Shown piece by piece: positions 38,614-48,808 of a stretch of DNA of 64,000 nt. The notes beneath the pieces are model-generated. The model did not search any database. It was not told where the DNA came from and saw nothing but the letters and a program-made list of their open reading frames with translations. The position numbers and the translations under genes are program-made. The DNA comes from Candidatus Tectimicrobiota bacterium (GTDB lineage: Bacteria > JACPUC01). The stretch lies in the NCBI GenBank assembly GCA_016192455.1, contig JACPUC010000008.1, positions 124,001-188,000 of the forward strand, in the 5' to 3' direction. The stretch's first letter is position 1; every line of letters starts with the position of its first letter.

Positions 38614-39512
38614 CAGGCGTCGAGGAGCTCCAGCAGGTTACGGGGCGACTGGGGCGTCAGGGCGAAGCTCTCGATGACCAGCCGGGCCACCGCCTGCCGC
38701 GCCGCGGTCGAACGACCACGGTAGTCCTCATAGCCCGCCAGGAACGCGGCGCGGAAGGTCTCCGGCGTCTGAGCGCGTGACTCGGGCAGGCGGGCGAGCG
38801 GCTCCTCCTGCCCGAGGAAACGCAACACCTCCGCGTACGTCCGCGTCTCGTACGGAACGTCCTTCGAGCGCAGCAGCCGCGCCGGGCCGGTGAGCGCTCC
38901 GAGGAGCGCCCCGAGGAGGCGATGCGGCTCGGCCGGGTAGGCGGCGATGGCGGCGTCGAGGGCGGCCAGGGCGTAGGCGCCAGCGGGGCGCTTCAGGAAG
39001 CGCCACTTCTCGACATCGCTCTTCGACTTCAGGTAGAGCGAGAAGAGAGAGTGACGCGGCCGGTGGATGCCGAGCACGCTGGCGAGGTCCTGGCGCCGCA
39101 GCCCGAAGCGCCGCGTGCGCTGGAAGAGGTCGCGGTCCACGGTGCGCACGTCGCGGAAGCGAAAGAAGCGGAAGAGGCTGCGCTTCCAGCACTTCACCGC
39201 GCCGCCGACGCCGAAGCCCTCCTCGTAGAGGCGGCCGTAGACCATGTAGGTCCGCCAGCCGCTGCGGCGGATCGCCTCGTAGAGCGTGTGGATGGCGTGC
39301 GGCTCCAGGATCATGTCGGCGTCCACCTGCGCGAAGTAGAGCGTGCCGCAGCGCTCGGGCATTGCCTGGAACGCCCGGCTCATCGGCGCCACGTCGCGGA
39401 TGTGCTCGAGGCGGAAGGCGCGGCTCTGCTTGTCGAGGGCGGCCAAGCAGTCGGCGGTGGTCTCCTCGCCGCTACGCAGGAGGAAGACCGTCAGGTCATC
39501 CCCGGCCGGCAT
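38613..39512 (-). CDS. GT2-like hypothetical protein
   Basis: M..AF..M and QVDADM (DxD); stop overlaps the next start (TGATG). Confidence 0.65.
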   Translation of the reverse strand: MPAGDDLTVFLLRSGEETTADCLAALDKQSRAFRLEHIRDVAPMSRAFQAMPERCGTLYFAQVDADMILEPHAIHTLYEAIRRSGWRTYMVYGRLYEEGFGVGGAVKCWKRSLFRFFRFRDVRTVDRDLFQRTRRFGLRRQDLASVLGIHRPRHSLFSLYLKSKSDVEKWRFLKRPAGAYALAALDAAIAAYPAEPHRLLGALLGALTGPARLLRSKDVPYETRTYAEVLRFLGQEEPLARLPESRAQTPETFRAAFLAGYEDYRGRSTAARQAVARLVIESFALTPQSPRNLLELLDA

Positions 39513-40377
39513 TCGCCACCTCACCCCACCCTGGGGAGTCCGGGTTGTCGTTCGGCTGGAAGAAGGGGTAGCAGTCCTTGATCTTCGCCGCCAGCCAGCG
39601 TTTGCTGTAGCGCCGCCCGTAGACGCACTCGTAGAGGAACCCTTGGTGCTGCTGCTGGTCGCGGCTCAGGTTCGGCCCCACCGGCAGCGGCCCGACGCTG
39701 AAGAAGCTCACCTTGCGGAAGAGCACGCTCCCCGCCGCCCAGACGTTCAGCTCGCCGCCGCGCGTCGGCAGCCAGGTCCAGAACTCCGCGCCGCTGGCGG
39801 TGGCCCGCAGCGGGCCGATGATGCGGTACGGCTTCCACCAGTTGTTCTGATTCTTCAGTCGGATGATGCCGATCTCGGGATGCTCGGCGAAGACCTCCAG
39901 GCAGGTGCGCAGAAAGGGGCGCGGGTGGTCTAGGACAAAGTCGTCCTCGACGAAGAGGATGTACTCGCCGCGGCACTTCGGGTAGGCATCGTTGAGCGCC
40001 ACCGCCATGCCGAGGTTCACGGGATGGGCGATGATCTGGTCGAAGCACCGCGCCTGGCGCGCCGCGGCCAGGAGCTCGTCGCCGGAACCGTTGTCCACAA
40101 GAATCTTCTCGACCTTGGGGTAGTCCTCGATCTCGTCGAAGAAGCGCCGCAGGCTGTCACAGAGGCGCAGCAGCGCCGGCAGCCGCTTGCAGGAGAGGAC
40201 GACGAGGGAAACCAGCCCCGGCTCGAAGTCGCAGTAGCCGCGGCCGGCCGCCAGGACGCGCGCGGCGCGCCGCCGCCTGCGCCACACCGCCAGGTCCAGC
40301 CGCCAGCGCGGCACCAGTCTGGCCTGCCCGAAGTTGAGCGGATCAGGCTGTTTTTCTAATGACCACTGCGGTCTCAT
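39496..40377 (-). CDS. Glycosyltransferase family 2
   Basis: VSLVV, VDNGS, NLG..A.N and YILFVEDD; start uncertain. Confidence 0.8.
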   Translation of the reverse strand: MRPQWSLEKQPDPLNFGQARLVPRWRLDLAVWRRRRRAARVLAAGRGYCDFEPGLVSLVVLSCKRLPALLRLCDSLRRFFDEIEDYPKVEKILVDNGSGDELLAAARQARCFDQIIAHPVNLGMAVALNDAYPKCRGEYILFVEDDFVLDHPRPFLRTCLEVFAEHPEIGIIRLKNQNNWWKPYRIIGPLRATASGAEFWTWLPTRGGELNVWAAGSVLFRKVSFFSVGPLPVGPNLSRDQQQHQGFLYECVYGRRYSKRWLAAKIKDCYPFFQPNDNPDSPGWGEVANAGRG

Positions 40378-40448
40378 CGGTCAGTCCGTCGGCTGCTCGC
40401 TCGAGGGCGAAGGCGAGCATCCCTCCGTCCACGGCGCCGCCAGAAAGG

Positions 40449-42113
40449 TCAAGCTTCGAGGCGCACGTCGCCGGGTCGGTGCAGGCGGTTGCCGGCCACC
40501 AGGAGGTCGATGCGTCCCTCCTTGAGGGACTGGAGGCCGTGCTCGACGGTGCGCAGCATCGGCTCGCCGTGGACGTTGAAGCTGGTGTTGATGAGCACCG
40601 GGATGCCGGTGCGCTTGAAGTACTCGCGCAGGACGTCGTAGTAGACCGGGTTTTCGGCCCGACCGATCACCTGGGGGCGCACCGTGCCATCGACGTGCAC
40701 GACTCCTTCGAGCTTCTTCGCCCAGGCCGGGTTGACCTGGTAGGTGAGGGTCATGTGCCGCGCGGAGAGGTGCTCCGGCCGCCAGCCGACGAGGACTTCG
40801 GCGGCGTGCTCCTCCATGATCACCGGCGCGAAGGGCATATACTCCACGCGGTCGAGGCGCTCGTTGATTGTCCAGTTGGCGTGGTTGTCCTGAGCATCGG
40901 AGAGGATCGAGCGCGCCCCGAGCGCCCGCGGCCCAAACTCCATGCGCCCCTCGATGAGGCCGACGATCTCCCTGTTTACAAGGCATTCGGCCACCCTGGC
41001 GGAGTCAACGTCGGCATTCGAGCCGGCATCGAACCCCAGGGTCATGCCGGGGCACTCGAGGCGTTCGATGCCTTCCAGGTACGCCCCCCACGCCGCCGCC
41101 CCCAGGGCCAGGCCGTCATCCCCCATCGGCGGCGTGACGAAGAGGCGGTAGCGCTGATTGAGAAGGCCGTTGGTGACGACGTTCGAGAACGTGCCGCCGG
41201 AGACAACGACCGGCATCTCGGGGGTGAAGTTCGCCGCGAAGAGGTCGAGGAGGATGCGGTTCGTGCGCTGCTGCAACAGCGCCCCGAAGTTGGCCGCGAA
41301 CCTGCGGTCGTCCACCTTGTCGAGGTCGTACTCCGCGACGATGACCTTCTCCTGCTTGCGCAGGCGGCGCACCTCCTGGAGGGTGAGCTGGCGCCCGTCG
41401 GAGGTGCGGCAGAGGTGCTCCTCGCCGATCTTCGGGTGGCCGCGGGTGACGAGGTAGTGGTAGTCCCCGTAGCGCTTCAGCTCGAATGCCGCGTCGTAGC
41501 CGGCCTGCCGGCAGTCGAAGGCGTCGGCATCGCCCCACCCCGCCAGGCCCATCAGCTTGCCTTCGTAGCCGGCGACGCCGTGGCGGTCCACCAGGCCGAA
41601 GTTGATCACCGACGGCACCGACCAGTACGACCCGAACGTATGCCCCGTCTTCGGGCGCCCCAGGAGACCGCGCCGCACGACGTTGCCCTTCGCCAGCCGG
41701 CTGCCGCAGTTCGATTCCCAGTGCACCAGCTTGCGGTCGCGCACCGCCCCAAAGGACTCCCAGGAGCCGAGATCGCCGCCGCCGTCGATGCTCACGCAGT
41801 CGAAGTCGCCCCACGGCGCCAGGGCCCAGCCGCTCATGACGTGCGCCAGGTGGTGGTGGACGAGGATGGTGCGGCGCGCGTTGAGGCGCTTGCCGAGGCG
41901 CTCGGCCGTCTGCACGTCGCTCAGCACGCAGAGGTCGATGTCGGCCTCCTGCAGGCCGAAGTGACCGAGGAGGTAGCGCAGGCTCTGCTCCGGCCAGCCC
42001 TTATGCCGCCGCCGCCTCGAGAAGCGGTCCTCCTCCTGGGCGAAGACGATGCGTTCGTCCTCGATCAGGCAGACGCCGCAGCAGTGACTCAAGCCTATGC
42101 CGAGAATCCGCAT
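40449..42113 (-). CDS. Carbamoyltransferase (NodU/CmcH/TobZ family)
   Basis: EDRF.R, HHLAH, DGGGD, EGKLMGLA, EFGPRALGARSIL and NTSFN. Confidence 0.92.
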   Translation of the reverse strand: MRILGIGLSHCCGVCLIEDERIVFAQEEDRFSRRRRHKGWPEQSLRYLLGHFGLQEADIDLCVLSDVQTAERLGKRLNARRTILVHHHLAHVMSGWALAPWGDFDCVSIDGGGDLGSWESFGAVRDRKLVHWESNCGSRLAKGNVVRRGLLGRPKTGHTFGSYWSVPSVINFGLVDRHGVAGYEGKLMGLAGWGDADAFDCRQAGYDAAFELKRYGDYHYLVTRGHPKIGEEHLCRTSDGRQLTLQEVRRLRKQEKVIVAEYDLDKVDDRRFAANFGALLQQRTNRILLDLFAANFTPEMPVVVSGGTFSNVVTNGLLNQRYRLFVTPPMGDDGLALGAAAWGAYLEGIERLECPGMTLGFDAGSNADVDSARVAECLVNREIVGLIEGRMEFGPRALGARSILSDAQDNHANWTINERLDRVEYMPFAPVIMEEHAAEVLVGWRPEHLSARHMTLTYQVNPAWAKKLEGVVHVDGTVRPQVIGRAENPVYYDVLREYFKRTGIPVLINTSFNVHGEPMLRTVEHGLQSLKEGRIDLLVAGNRLHRPGDVRLEA

Positions 42114-42161
42114 CCGTGCTTCACCTGGTGTCTGCTTCGCAGCTTGTCGTCTGCCTCTCCG

Positions 42162-43178
42162 TCACGGCGCCGTGAGGCGGGAGAAGGCGTCGACGAAGTT
42201 CTCGATGCGCACCTGCCAGGACCAGTCCTGGAGGATGCGCGCCCGCATGGCCTGCCGCAGGGCGGCGTAGTCCTCCCGGCGCAAGGCGCGCAGGGAGAGG
42301 AAGCAATCGACGATCGACTCCACCGCCGGTTCGATGAAGAAGCCGTTCACCCCCGGCTCGATCAGCTCGCGCATGTTCCCTACGCGGGTGGTGACCACGG
42401 GAAGGCCGCAGGCGCCAGCCTCCAGGGCGGGGTTCGGCGTCCCTTCGTTCCAGCTCGCGCAGAGGTAGAAGTCGATGCCGTGATAGAAGCGGCGCATCTC
42501 GTCGCGATTGAGCGGCGCCCGCTTGAACTCCTTCGGCACGCGCAGCAGCTCGGCGCGAAACCCGCCCCGTTCCTGCAGAATGTTGCAGGCTTTCTCGATG
42601 GCGGCGAAGTTCTTCGGTCCCCGCTCCTTCCCCACCCAGCCGATGCGGATGAGCCGCGGGTCGAACGTAAGCTGCGGCGGCGGCGTGAAGAAGGACGCAT
42701 CCACGCCGTTCGGGCAGGAGAGAAGGTTTTCCAGCCCCGGCGCCAGCAGCTCGTGCAGGATGCGCGAGTTCACGGTGACGTAGCGGAAGCGGCCGAGCAG
42801 GTCAACCGCGAGGCGATAGGCCTCCTCGACGGTCCGTCCCGGAATCGGGTTCTGCGGATCGAGGCCGCCGCCGATATTCGAGTGGCTGGTCACGGCCGCC
42901 ATGAAGTAGCGGAAATCGTCGCCCCGGAAGAGGCGCGGGGACCTCTTCAGGAGGCCATGCACGATGCGCCAGGTGGCGAAGTAGATGGGCCGTCGGCGCA
43001 GCAGGCCGCAGCGCCAAAGGAGCGCGAACCGCCGCGTGGTGAGGAGGCGGAAGCGGAAGCGCGCCTGGTGCCACCGCAGGGACTCCAGGCGGGAGTGCTG
43101 GATCCAGCCGCGGCTATCGACGACGTAGAAGATCGTCGTGGCTGGGGTCGTTCTGGAAGCGCCGCGCATGCCCATCAT
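42162..43178 (-). CDS. Glycosyltransferase family 4
   Basis: PNGVD, GWVG and EGTPNPALEA.ACGLPVVTT.VG. Confidence 0.85.
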   Translation of the reverse strand: MMGMRGASRTTPATTIFYVVDSRGWIQHSRLESLRWHQARFRFRLLTTRRFALLWRCGLLRRRPIYFATWRIVHGLLKRSPRLFRGDDFRYFMAAVTSHSNIGGGLDPQNPIPGRTVEEAYRLAVDLLGRFRYVTVNSRILHELLAPGLENLLSCPNGVDASFFTPPPQLTFDPRLIRIGWVGKERGPKNFAAIEKACNILQERGGFRAELLRVPKEFKRAPLNRDEMRRFYHGIDFYLCASWNEGTPNPALEAGACGLPVVTTRVGNMRELIEPGVNGFFIEPAVESIVDCFLSLRALRREDYAALRQAMRARILQDWSWQVRIENFVDAFSRLTAP

Positions 43179-44086
43179 CCCAGGAGAACGCGCCGCAGCC
43201 GCCGCGCCAGCCGGGCGGGCGCCTGCCGCAGGCGGCGCAGCCTCGCGCGCCGCAGCTCACGCTCGACGAGAGCCAGGAGGTGATCGCCGTCAAGTTGCAT
43301 GGCCACGGCATCGCGGTGCAGGAAGGGCCGCTGGTTGCCGTAGTAGTGCTGCGCGGTCTCGTAGCCGGTACCCATTCCCGGCGGCGTCTCGGCGATGGCG
43401 AAGACCGCCGTCGGCCGCGTCGCGGCGCCGTGCTCGATGCCCAGGTGCTTGATGTTCGCGCGGTCGCAGACCGGCGTGACGCCGAGCTCGGCGTAGGCGA
43501 GCGACAGCAGCGCCTCGGTCATGATCATCTGCGACGGCGGCACGGCGCGGATCATCGCCACCCAGCGCTCCAGGACCGGCCGGAACTGCGCCGCCGGCAG
43601 CATGAAGAGGCCGCAGTTGAGGTGGTAGTTCGGGTAGACGGCGAGGCCGCGCTGCTGCTTGTAGTGCACCATGGTGCGCAGCCCGATGCGCCGCTGGGCA
43701 ATCTCCACCATGTCGAGGTCGCGCGGGTCCAGCGAGGTGATCTTGTGCACCCAGGCGCGGCCGCGGAAGCGCGCGAAGAGGGGGCGCGGGTCCTGCTTCC
43801 AGAGGATGTCCGCGTCGCAGACGACGACCGCGCGGTCGGCGTCCTTGATGCGGTACTGCTCCAGGGCGAAGGGCCGGTAGGCCCACATGCCGTAGCCCTG
43901 GCGATCCACCGGGATGACCTCGCACGACAGCGCGCCGAGGCGCGCCTCGAGGAACGCCTTCTCCCACGGCTCGCCGACGATGACCTCGATGCACTGGTAG
44001 TCGAGGGCGCGCAGCGAGCGCACCGACCAGACGCAGTAGACGAGGTGCGTCAGGCCGGTGACGCAGTAGATGATGACGGGGTCCAT
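43175..44086 (-). CDS. GT-A-like nucleotide-diphospho-sugar transferase (hypothetical)
   Basis: DAD motif, N.G.F and C-terminal H.Y; TGATG coupling with the upstream gene. Confidence 0.6.
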   Translation of the reverse strand: MDPVIIYCVTGLTHLVYCVWSVRSLRALDYQCIEVIVGEPWEKAFLEARLGALSCEVIPVDRQGYGMWAYRPFALEQYRIKDADRAVVVCDADILWKQDPRPLFARFRGRAWVHKITSLDPRDLDMVEIAQRRIGLRTMVHYKQQRGLAVYPNYHLNCGLFMLPAAQFRPVLERWVAMIRAVPPSQMIMTEALLSLAYAELGVTPVCDRANIKHLGIEHGAATRPTAVFAIAETPPGMGTGYETAQHYYGNQRPFLHRDAVAMQLDGDHLLALVERELRRARLRRLRQAPARLARRLRRVLLG

Positions 44087-44952
44087 CAGCACCCCTGAGG
44101 CCGCAGGCGGCGCATGATCCCGCCTCGCAGCCGCTGGAACTCCTTGTGCAGGCTCAGCCACGACTCAGCCAGGCGCTCCCGCGGCGGGAAGCGACGGGGC
44201 CACGGGGCGGCCTCCGTGCGCCAGGTGAGGGCCAGCCCTTTCTTGAACTCGTCGAGGAGCAGCAGCGTCTCCACCGCCGGGCCAAAGTAGGCCTGCCAAT
44301 TGCGCAGGTAGCGCTGCTCGCGCTGGCGTCGATTCGCATCATCGAGGAGGACGAGGCTGCCGGGGGCAAGATGCTCGAAGAGGAGGTAGAGGGCCGGCTC
44401 GCGGCTGTTGAAGAAGTAGGGGGGACCGTCGATAAGAACGAGATCAAGGCGGCCGAGCTGTTTCAGGAAGGCGCGCGACAGGGCGTAGTGCTGGAAGACC
44501 TTGCCGGCCACGTAGCGCAACCTGATCGGGCAGGTGACGAACTGCACGAACTGTTGCAGCCCTTGCGCGGCCAGGCCAAAGCGCGGATGACCGGGGAAGT
44601 CCGGCAGGTGGTCGATGGACCAGACCTGCTGAACATGGCCCCGAGCCGCTTCGTGGGCCAGGATGCGCGTCGAGACCCCGCTGCCGAACTCGAGCACCCG
44701 CTTGGGCCGAACCTCCTCGCAGTACCTGCCGAGGAACTGACAGGTGTCCCGCTGCAAGCGCCAGCCGCCGAAGCTGATATCGCCGAGGTAACCAAGGTCG
44801 TAGCCCTGCCGCGTCGCCACCAGCCGCAGGAGGTCAGCGCGCCGCCCCGCTTGCTCCACGCAGGCTCCTTGTGGCTCACGATCACCGGCCCGCGGCACCC
44901 TCCGCGTCGCGGCTCGTTGAGTGGCAGGAAAGACGGCCGTTGCCGCGCTCAT
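44086..44952 (-). CDS. Class I SAM-dependent methyltransferase
   Basis: VLEFGSGVST, SIDH, LIDGPP and LDDA.R. Confidence 0.85.
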   Translation of the reverse strand: MSAATAVFPATQRAATRRVPRAGDREPQGACVEQAGRRADLLRLVATRQGYDLGYLGDISFGGWRLQRDTCQFLGRYCEEVRPKRVLEFGSGVSTRILAHEAARGHVQQVWSIDHLPDFPGHPRFGLAAQGLQQFVQFVTCPIRLRYVAGKVFQHYALSRAFLKQLGRLDLVLIDGPPYFFNSREPALYLLFEHLAPGSLVLLDDANRRQREQRYLRNWQAYFGPAVETLLLLDEFKKGLALTWRTEAAPWPRRFPPRERLAESWLSLHKEFQRLRGGIMRRLRPQGC

Positions 44953-44964
44953 TGCGCCCCCCGG

Positions 44965-46206
44965 TTAGCAGATTTCCCGCGCACTGATATCGTGGCGGGT
45001 ATTGCGGATGGCCGGGATCACCTTGCCGAGGGAGCGGCGCAACGGAAAGAGCACCTTCGAGGCCCTCGTGCGGCGCTTCGACGAGTGGCGATCGAGGATG
45101 CTCGCGACCGCCTCGCGCTTCCCCACCCACCAGCTCGGCAACCGCCGCTCCCGGCAGGGAATGCCGTCCTGTTTGAGCTGCTCGAGGTAGACGCCGATCG
45201 AGGCGCCGCGGTCGCGCTGCCAGGGCTCCGGCCGGGGGTTCGTGCGCGGGTACTTCACCTCGCGCCCCAGCAGGAGGGCGCCGATCGCCGGCCGCACGTC
45301 CCCCGCGCGGTCCACGAAGTAGGGGTCGAAGCGGTAGAATAGGGTGTCGAGGAAGCGCGGCGACTGGTAGGGGCTGACGACGGGGATGCCGAGGATGTTC
45401 TTGAACATCTGGTGCCAGATGCCCATCGCCATGCCCACGTGCAGGTCGTGCACGGCGTAGTAGTCGCGGTCGCGGTGGTTGTTGTTGCGCGAGAAGACGC
45501 CGTCGCCAGAGGTCCCTAGCCAGAGGACGGCCTTGTTACCGTGCTCGAGCACCAGGTCGCGGATCGTCCGCACCCAGCGGAAATGCGCCGGGTCGAACAT
45601 GCAGTCGCTGGCGATGATCTCCTCGCGCAGCAGGCTGTTGTCGGTATCGTTCGTCTGCGGCACGAAGCGTTCGACCTCGATGCCGTTCTCTTCCAGGAAG
45701 GTCTCGTTCAAGGGCGCGTTCGGCTCGCCGCTGAGGACGATCCAGCGCTCGCGGCGCCGCGCCAGGATGATGTTCTCGCTGTCCTTGCCGCCCATCGAGA
45801 GGATGTGTACCCAGCCCGGGTAGCGCGCTTCGATCTCGCTCACGTACTCCTGGATGAGCCGCGCCCCCAGCTCGATGATCGCGCCCGGCTCGAGCAGCTC
45901 CATGGTGCTGCGGCGGTAGGTCGTGCGCGCCCGCATGACCTCGGCGTCGATGGTGAGGAAACTCGGACGGTAGAAGTGGGTGGTCTGGAAGCGCGGCTGG
46001 CGCACGAAGCGCTGCTTGGCGTGGATGAGGGCGTAGACCGAGCTGCTGACGAGGTAGTCGCCGCCGTCCCGCAGGTAGTACATCGGGTAGAGGTAGTTGT
46101 CGGCTTGAATCTCCCTGGCGCGGTAGATGCCGTTCGGCCAGGTGAAGAGCTCGTAGTTCGTGATCTTCTCGTAGCGCCCTGGCTGGAGATTGAAGTTCAA
46201 CAGCAC
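44965..46206 (-). CDS. Divergent asparagine-synthetase-like (PP-loop) protein
   Basis: SMGGKDS and G.SGD motifs, SPY; no N-terminal glutaminase Cys. Confidence 0.55.
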   Translation of the reverse strand: MLLNFNLQPGRYEKITNYELFTWPNGIYRAREIQADNYLYPMYYLRDGGDYLVSSSVYALIHAKQRFVRQPRFQTTHFYRPSFLTIDAEVMRARTTYRRSTMELLEPGAIIELGARLIQEYVSEIEARYPGWVHILSMGGKDSENIILARRRERWIVLSGEPNAPLNETFLEENGIEVERFVPQTNDTDNSLLREEIIASDCMFDPAHFRWVRTIRDLVLEHGNKAVLWLGTSGDGVFSRNNNHRDRDYYAVHDLHVGMAMGIWHQMFKNILGIPVVSPYQSPRFLDTLFYRFDPYFVDRAGDVRPAIGALLLGREVKYPRTNPRPEPWQRDRGASIGVYLEQLKQDGIPCRERRLPSWWVGKREAVASILDRHSSKRRTRASKVLFPLRRSLGKVIPAIRNTRHDISAREIC

Positions 46207-46321
46207 GGCATTGTTTCCCTGGCGCTCAGCGCCCGCGGCTCCCTTGGGGCGGGTTCACATCGATGCATCGTTATGAACTCTTCCTCTTCCGAGGGAGGCG
46301 CGCCGGCCTCCGCCATCGGGG

Positions 46322-47461
46322 TCAGGGTGCTCCGACGGAAACGCTTGCGACCTCGAGGAAGAGGCTGCGCTCCAGCCGGGCGCGGCTCTCCTCGCCGGCG
46401 AGGCTGCGGTAGGTGAGGCCGGTTCGCTGGAGGTAGGCTTCCCAGACATCGACATGATGCCCATCGAGGCGCGCGCAGCGCTGCACCGGCAGTCCTTCGT
46501 CTTCGAGCGCCGCGGCTGCTTGCCGCGCCGCTTCGGGCGATTCGGCGACGAGGCAGAGGAAGGCGTGGTTGCGCGCGGCTCCAGGCGGCGTCGGGCGCTC
46601 GCGGAGGCCCAGCGCCGCCAGCCTCTCCGCGCCCATCTCCAACGCGGCCGCATACGAGGCCTGGAGTCCCCCCAGGATGCGCGGCAGCTTCTCGAGCTGC
46701 GCCAGCAGGAGCGCCGCCTGCAGCTCGGTGATGCGGTAGTTCATGCCGAACGAGGCGATGGCCTCCAGGCCTTCGGGGTCGCCCCCGCCGGCGTGCCGCA
46801 GCATGCCGAGATCGTGGAAGCGATAGGCGCGCTCATGGAGCTGGGGATCATCCGTCAGGAGCATCCCCCCCTCGCCGGCGGTGATGAGCTTGTTGTACTG
46901 GAAGGAGAGGACGGAGACGTCGCCCCCGGCCCCGACCGGCTTGCCGGCCACCACGCCCCCCAGGCACTGGGCGCCGTCCTCCACCACGCCGATGCCGCGC
47001 CGCCGCGCCAGGTCGCGGATGGCGGGAAGGTCGCAGGGGACGCCCCGCATGTGCACCGCCAGGATCGCCCGGGTGCGCTCGCCGCAGCACGCCCCAAGCC
47101 GCTCCGCGTCGAGGCCGAGGGTGGCGTCGATCGGCGCGATGACCGGCGCGCCGCCGAGGGCGAGGATCGCCATGAGGTCGGAGACCCAGGCGTAGGCGGG
47201 CATGATCACTTCGTCCCCGGCTCCCACCCCGAGGGCGAAGAGGGCCGCGTGCAGCGCCGAGGTGCCGGAGCTGAGCGCCACGGCATGGCGCCGCCCGAAG
47301 AGCTCGCAGGCCCGCCGCTCCAGCTCTTCCGCCTTGCCCTTCAGCGCCAGGCCGTAGAATCGGTACGGCGACTGCGCCGCCACCACCTCGGCCACGGCGT
47401 CGCGCTCCTCGCCGCCGTAGAAGCGCGCCCCGGGGAAGCCGCCGAAGAACTCCGGCCTCAC
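46322..47461 (-). CDS. DegT/DnrJ/EryC1/StrS PLP-dependent aminotransferase
   Basis: SGTSAL, VHM.G, EDGAQ, SFQYNK and GEGG; GTG start overlaps the TGA of ino1. Confidence 0.9.
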   Translation of the reverse strand: MRPEFFGGFPGARFYGGEERDAVAEVVAAQSPYRFYGLALKGKAEELERRACELFGRRHAVALSSGTSALHAALFALGVGAGDEVIMPAYAWVSDLMAILALGGAPVIAPIDATLGLDAERLGACCGERTRAILAVHMRGVPCDLPAIRDLARRRGIGVVEDGAQCLGGVVAGKPVGAGGDVSVLSFQYNKLITAGEGGMLLTDDPQLHERAYRFHDLGMLRHAGGGDPEGLEAIASFGMNYRITELQAALLLAQLEKLPRILGGLQASYAAALEMGAERLAALGLRERPTPPGAARNHAFLCLVAESPEAARQAAAALEDEGLPVQRCARLDGHHVDVWEAYLQRTGLTYRSLAGEESRARLERSLFLEVASVSVGAP

Positions 47462-48702
47462 GTCTGCTCCCCCGGCGTGAGGTAGTGCTTCATCACGTGC
47501 GTCTTCAGCATGCGCACCTGCTCGAAGAAGTCGCACTCATCCGTGCCCATGGGCTGCTTGAAGTAGGAGGCAAGTTGCGGCAGGACCCCCACCTCCCCCT
47601 TGCCGGCAAAGAAGTCCACCCAGCGAATGAGGTCGGCGACCAGCGGCGCCGCCAGGATCGAGTCATCGCCGAGCCAGTCGATCTTCATCTGCATGGGGAC
47701 ATCGAACCAGCCGGTGAAGTCGATGTTGTCCCACGCCTCCTTGCTGTCGCCGCGCGGCAGGTAGTAGTGGATGTGCACCTGGTGATCGAAGTCGTCGTAG
47801 CCGAGGATCTTGCCCAGCACCGAGGTCTTGCTCCGCACCTTGCTGTCGCGGTGCGCCGGGTCGTGGAGCACCTGGCCGTCGCGGTTGCCGAGGATGTTCG
47901 TGCTGTACCAGCCGGTGAGCTTCAAGGCGCGGTGTTTGAGGAGCGGCGCGATGGAGGTCTTGTAGAGCGTCTGGCCGGTCTTGCCATCCTTGCCGGTGAC
48001 GACGACCCGGCGGGCCTGGGCGAACTCGACGAGCGCCGGGATATCGACCGTCAGGGAAGGCGTGAAGTTGATGAAGTGGCAGCCGTTCTTGATCGCCGTG
48101 TAGGCGTAGAGCATGCCCGAGGTGATGCCCGGATTGTTGGCGCGCAGTCCGTCCTCGAAGGCCGCCAGCGAGGCGTGCACCTCGGTGCGCGGCACCGTGG
48201 GCTCCGTCGAGGAGAGGTTGACGACGATGAGGCGGGTGAGGTGGTGCTTCGTCCTGAACGCCTCGATATCGTACTCCAGGCTGCGCACCAGCTCGGCCAG
48301 GGGACGGCGGGTGAAGACCGTGGTGGCGAACTCGATGTCCTGCATGCGCGGCTGCGAGGCGCGCGACTCGAGAATCTTCTCGATCGTGGCATCGCGCTCC
48401 GCCAGGATGGCCGGGTAGGTGTCGGTGGCGTCGATGAGCTGGGCGATCTGGCTGATCAGCTCCTTCGGAACCACCTTGTGGACGCGGCAGGACTCCGCAT
48501 AGGTGTCCGGCACGATATCCCAGCCGCCGAAGACGACGTCCCGCAGGTCCACGAGACCGAGCGACTTGTAGGCCGGCTCGACTTCGGAGGGGACGCGGAA
48601 GCCGAGATCGGTCCCCAGCCGCAGGCTACAGTGCGCCGCCAAGAGGGTGGTGGCGACCGCCCCCTTGGAGCCGATCACGAGCGCCCCAACCTTACCGTCC
48701 AT
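47458..48702 (-). CDS. ino1: Myo-inositol-1-phosphate synthase
   Basis: GAVATT, FGGWD, NLSSTE, GKDGKTGQT, NILGNRDG, SK..SK, DSKEAWD and DSILAAPL. Confidence 0.93.
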   Translation of the reverse strand: MDGKVGALVIGSKGAVATTLLAAHCSLRLGTDLGFRVPSEVEPAYKSLGLVDLRDVVFGGWDIVPDTYAESCRVHKVVPKELISQIAQLIDATDTYPAILAERDATIEKILESRASQPRMQDIEFATTVFTRRPLAELVRSLEYDIEAFRTKHHLTRLIVVNLSSTEPTVPRTEVHASLAAFEDGLRANNPGITSGMLYAYTAIKNGCHFINFTPSLTVDIPALVEFAQARRVVVTGKDGKTGQTLYKTSIAPLLKHRALKLTGWYSTNILGNRDGQVLHDPAHRDSKVRSKTSVLGKILGYDDFDHQVHIHYYLPRGDSKEAWDNIDFTGWFDVPMQMKIDWLGDDSILAAPLVADLIRWVDFFAGKGEVGVLPQLASYFKQPMGTDECDFFEQVRMLKTHVMKHYLTPGEQT

Positions 48703-48808
48703 GGGTACTCCCTGCCCTCCTGAAGAGGGGGCGTTGCGCCGAATCAACCTGAGAAATCAGACCGGGGGAAGGCCACGGATCATCGACCGCGCCGCGCCAA
48801 GCTGTGGC

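Noticed and set aside
40359-43283. 974-aa plus-strand ORF
   Set aside because: Antisense to the carbamoyltransferase and GT4 genes.
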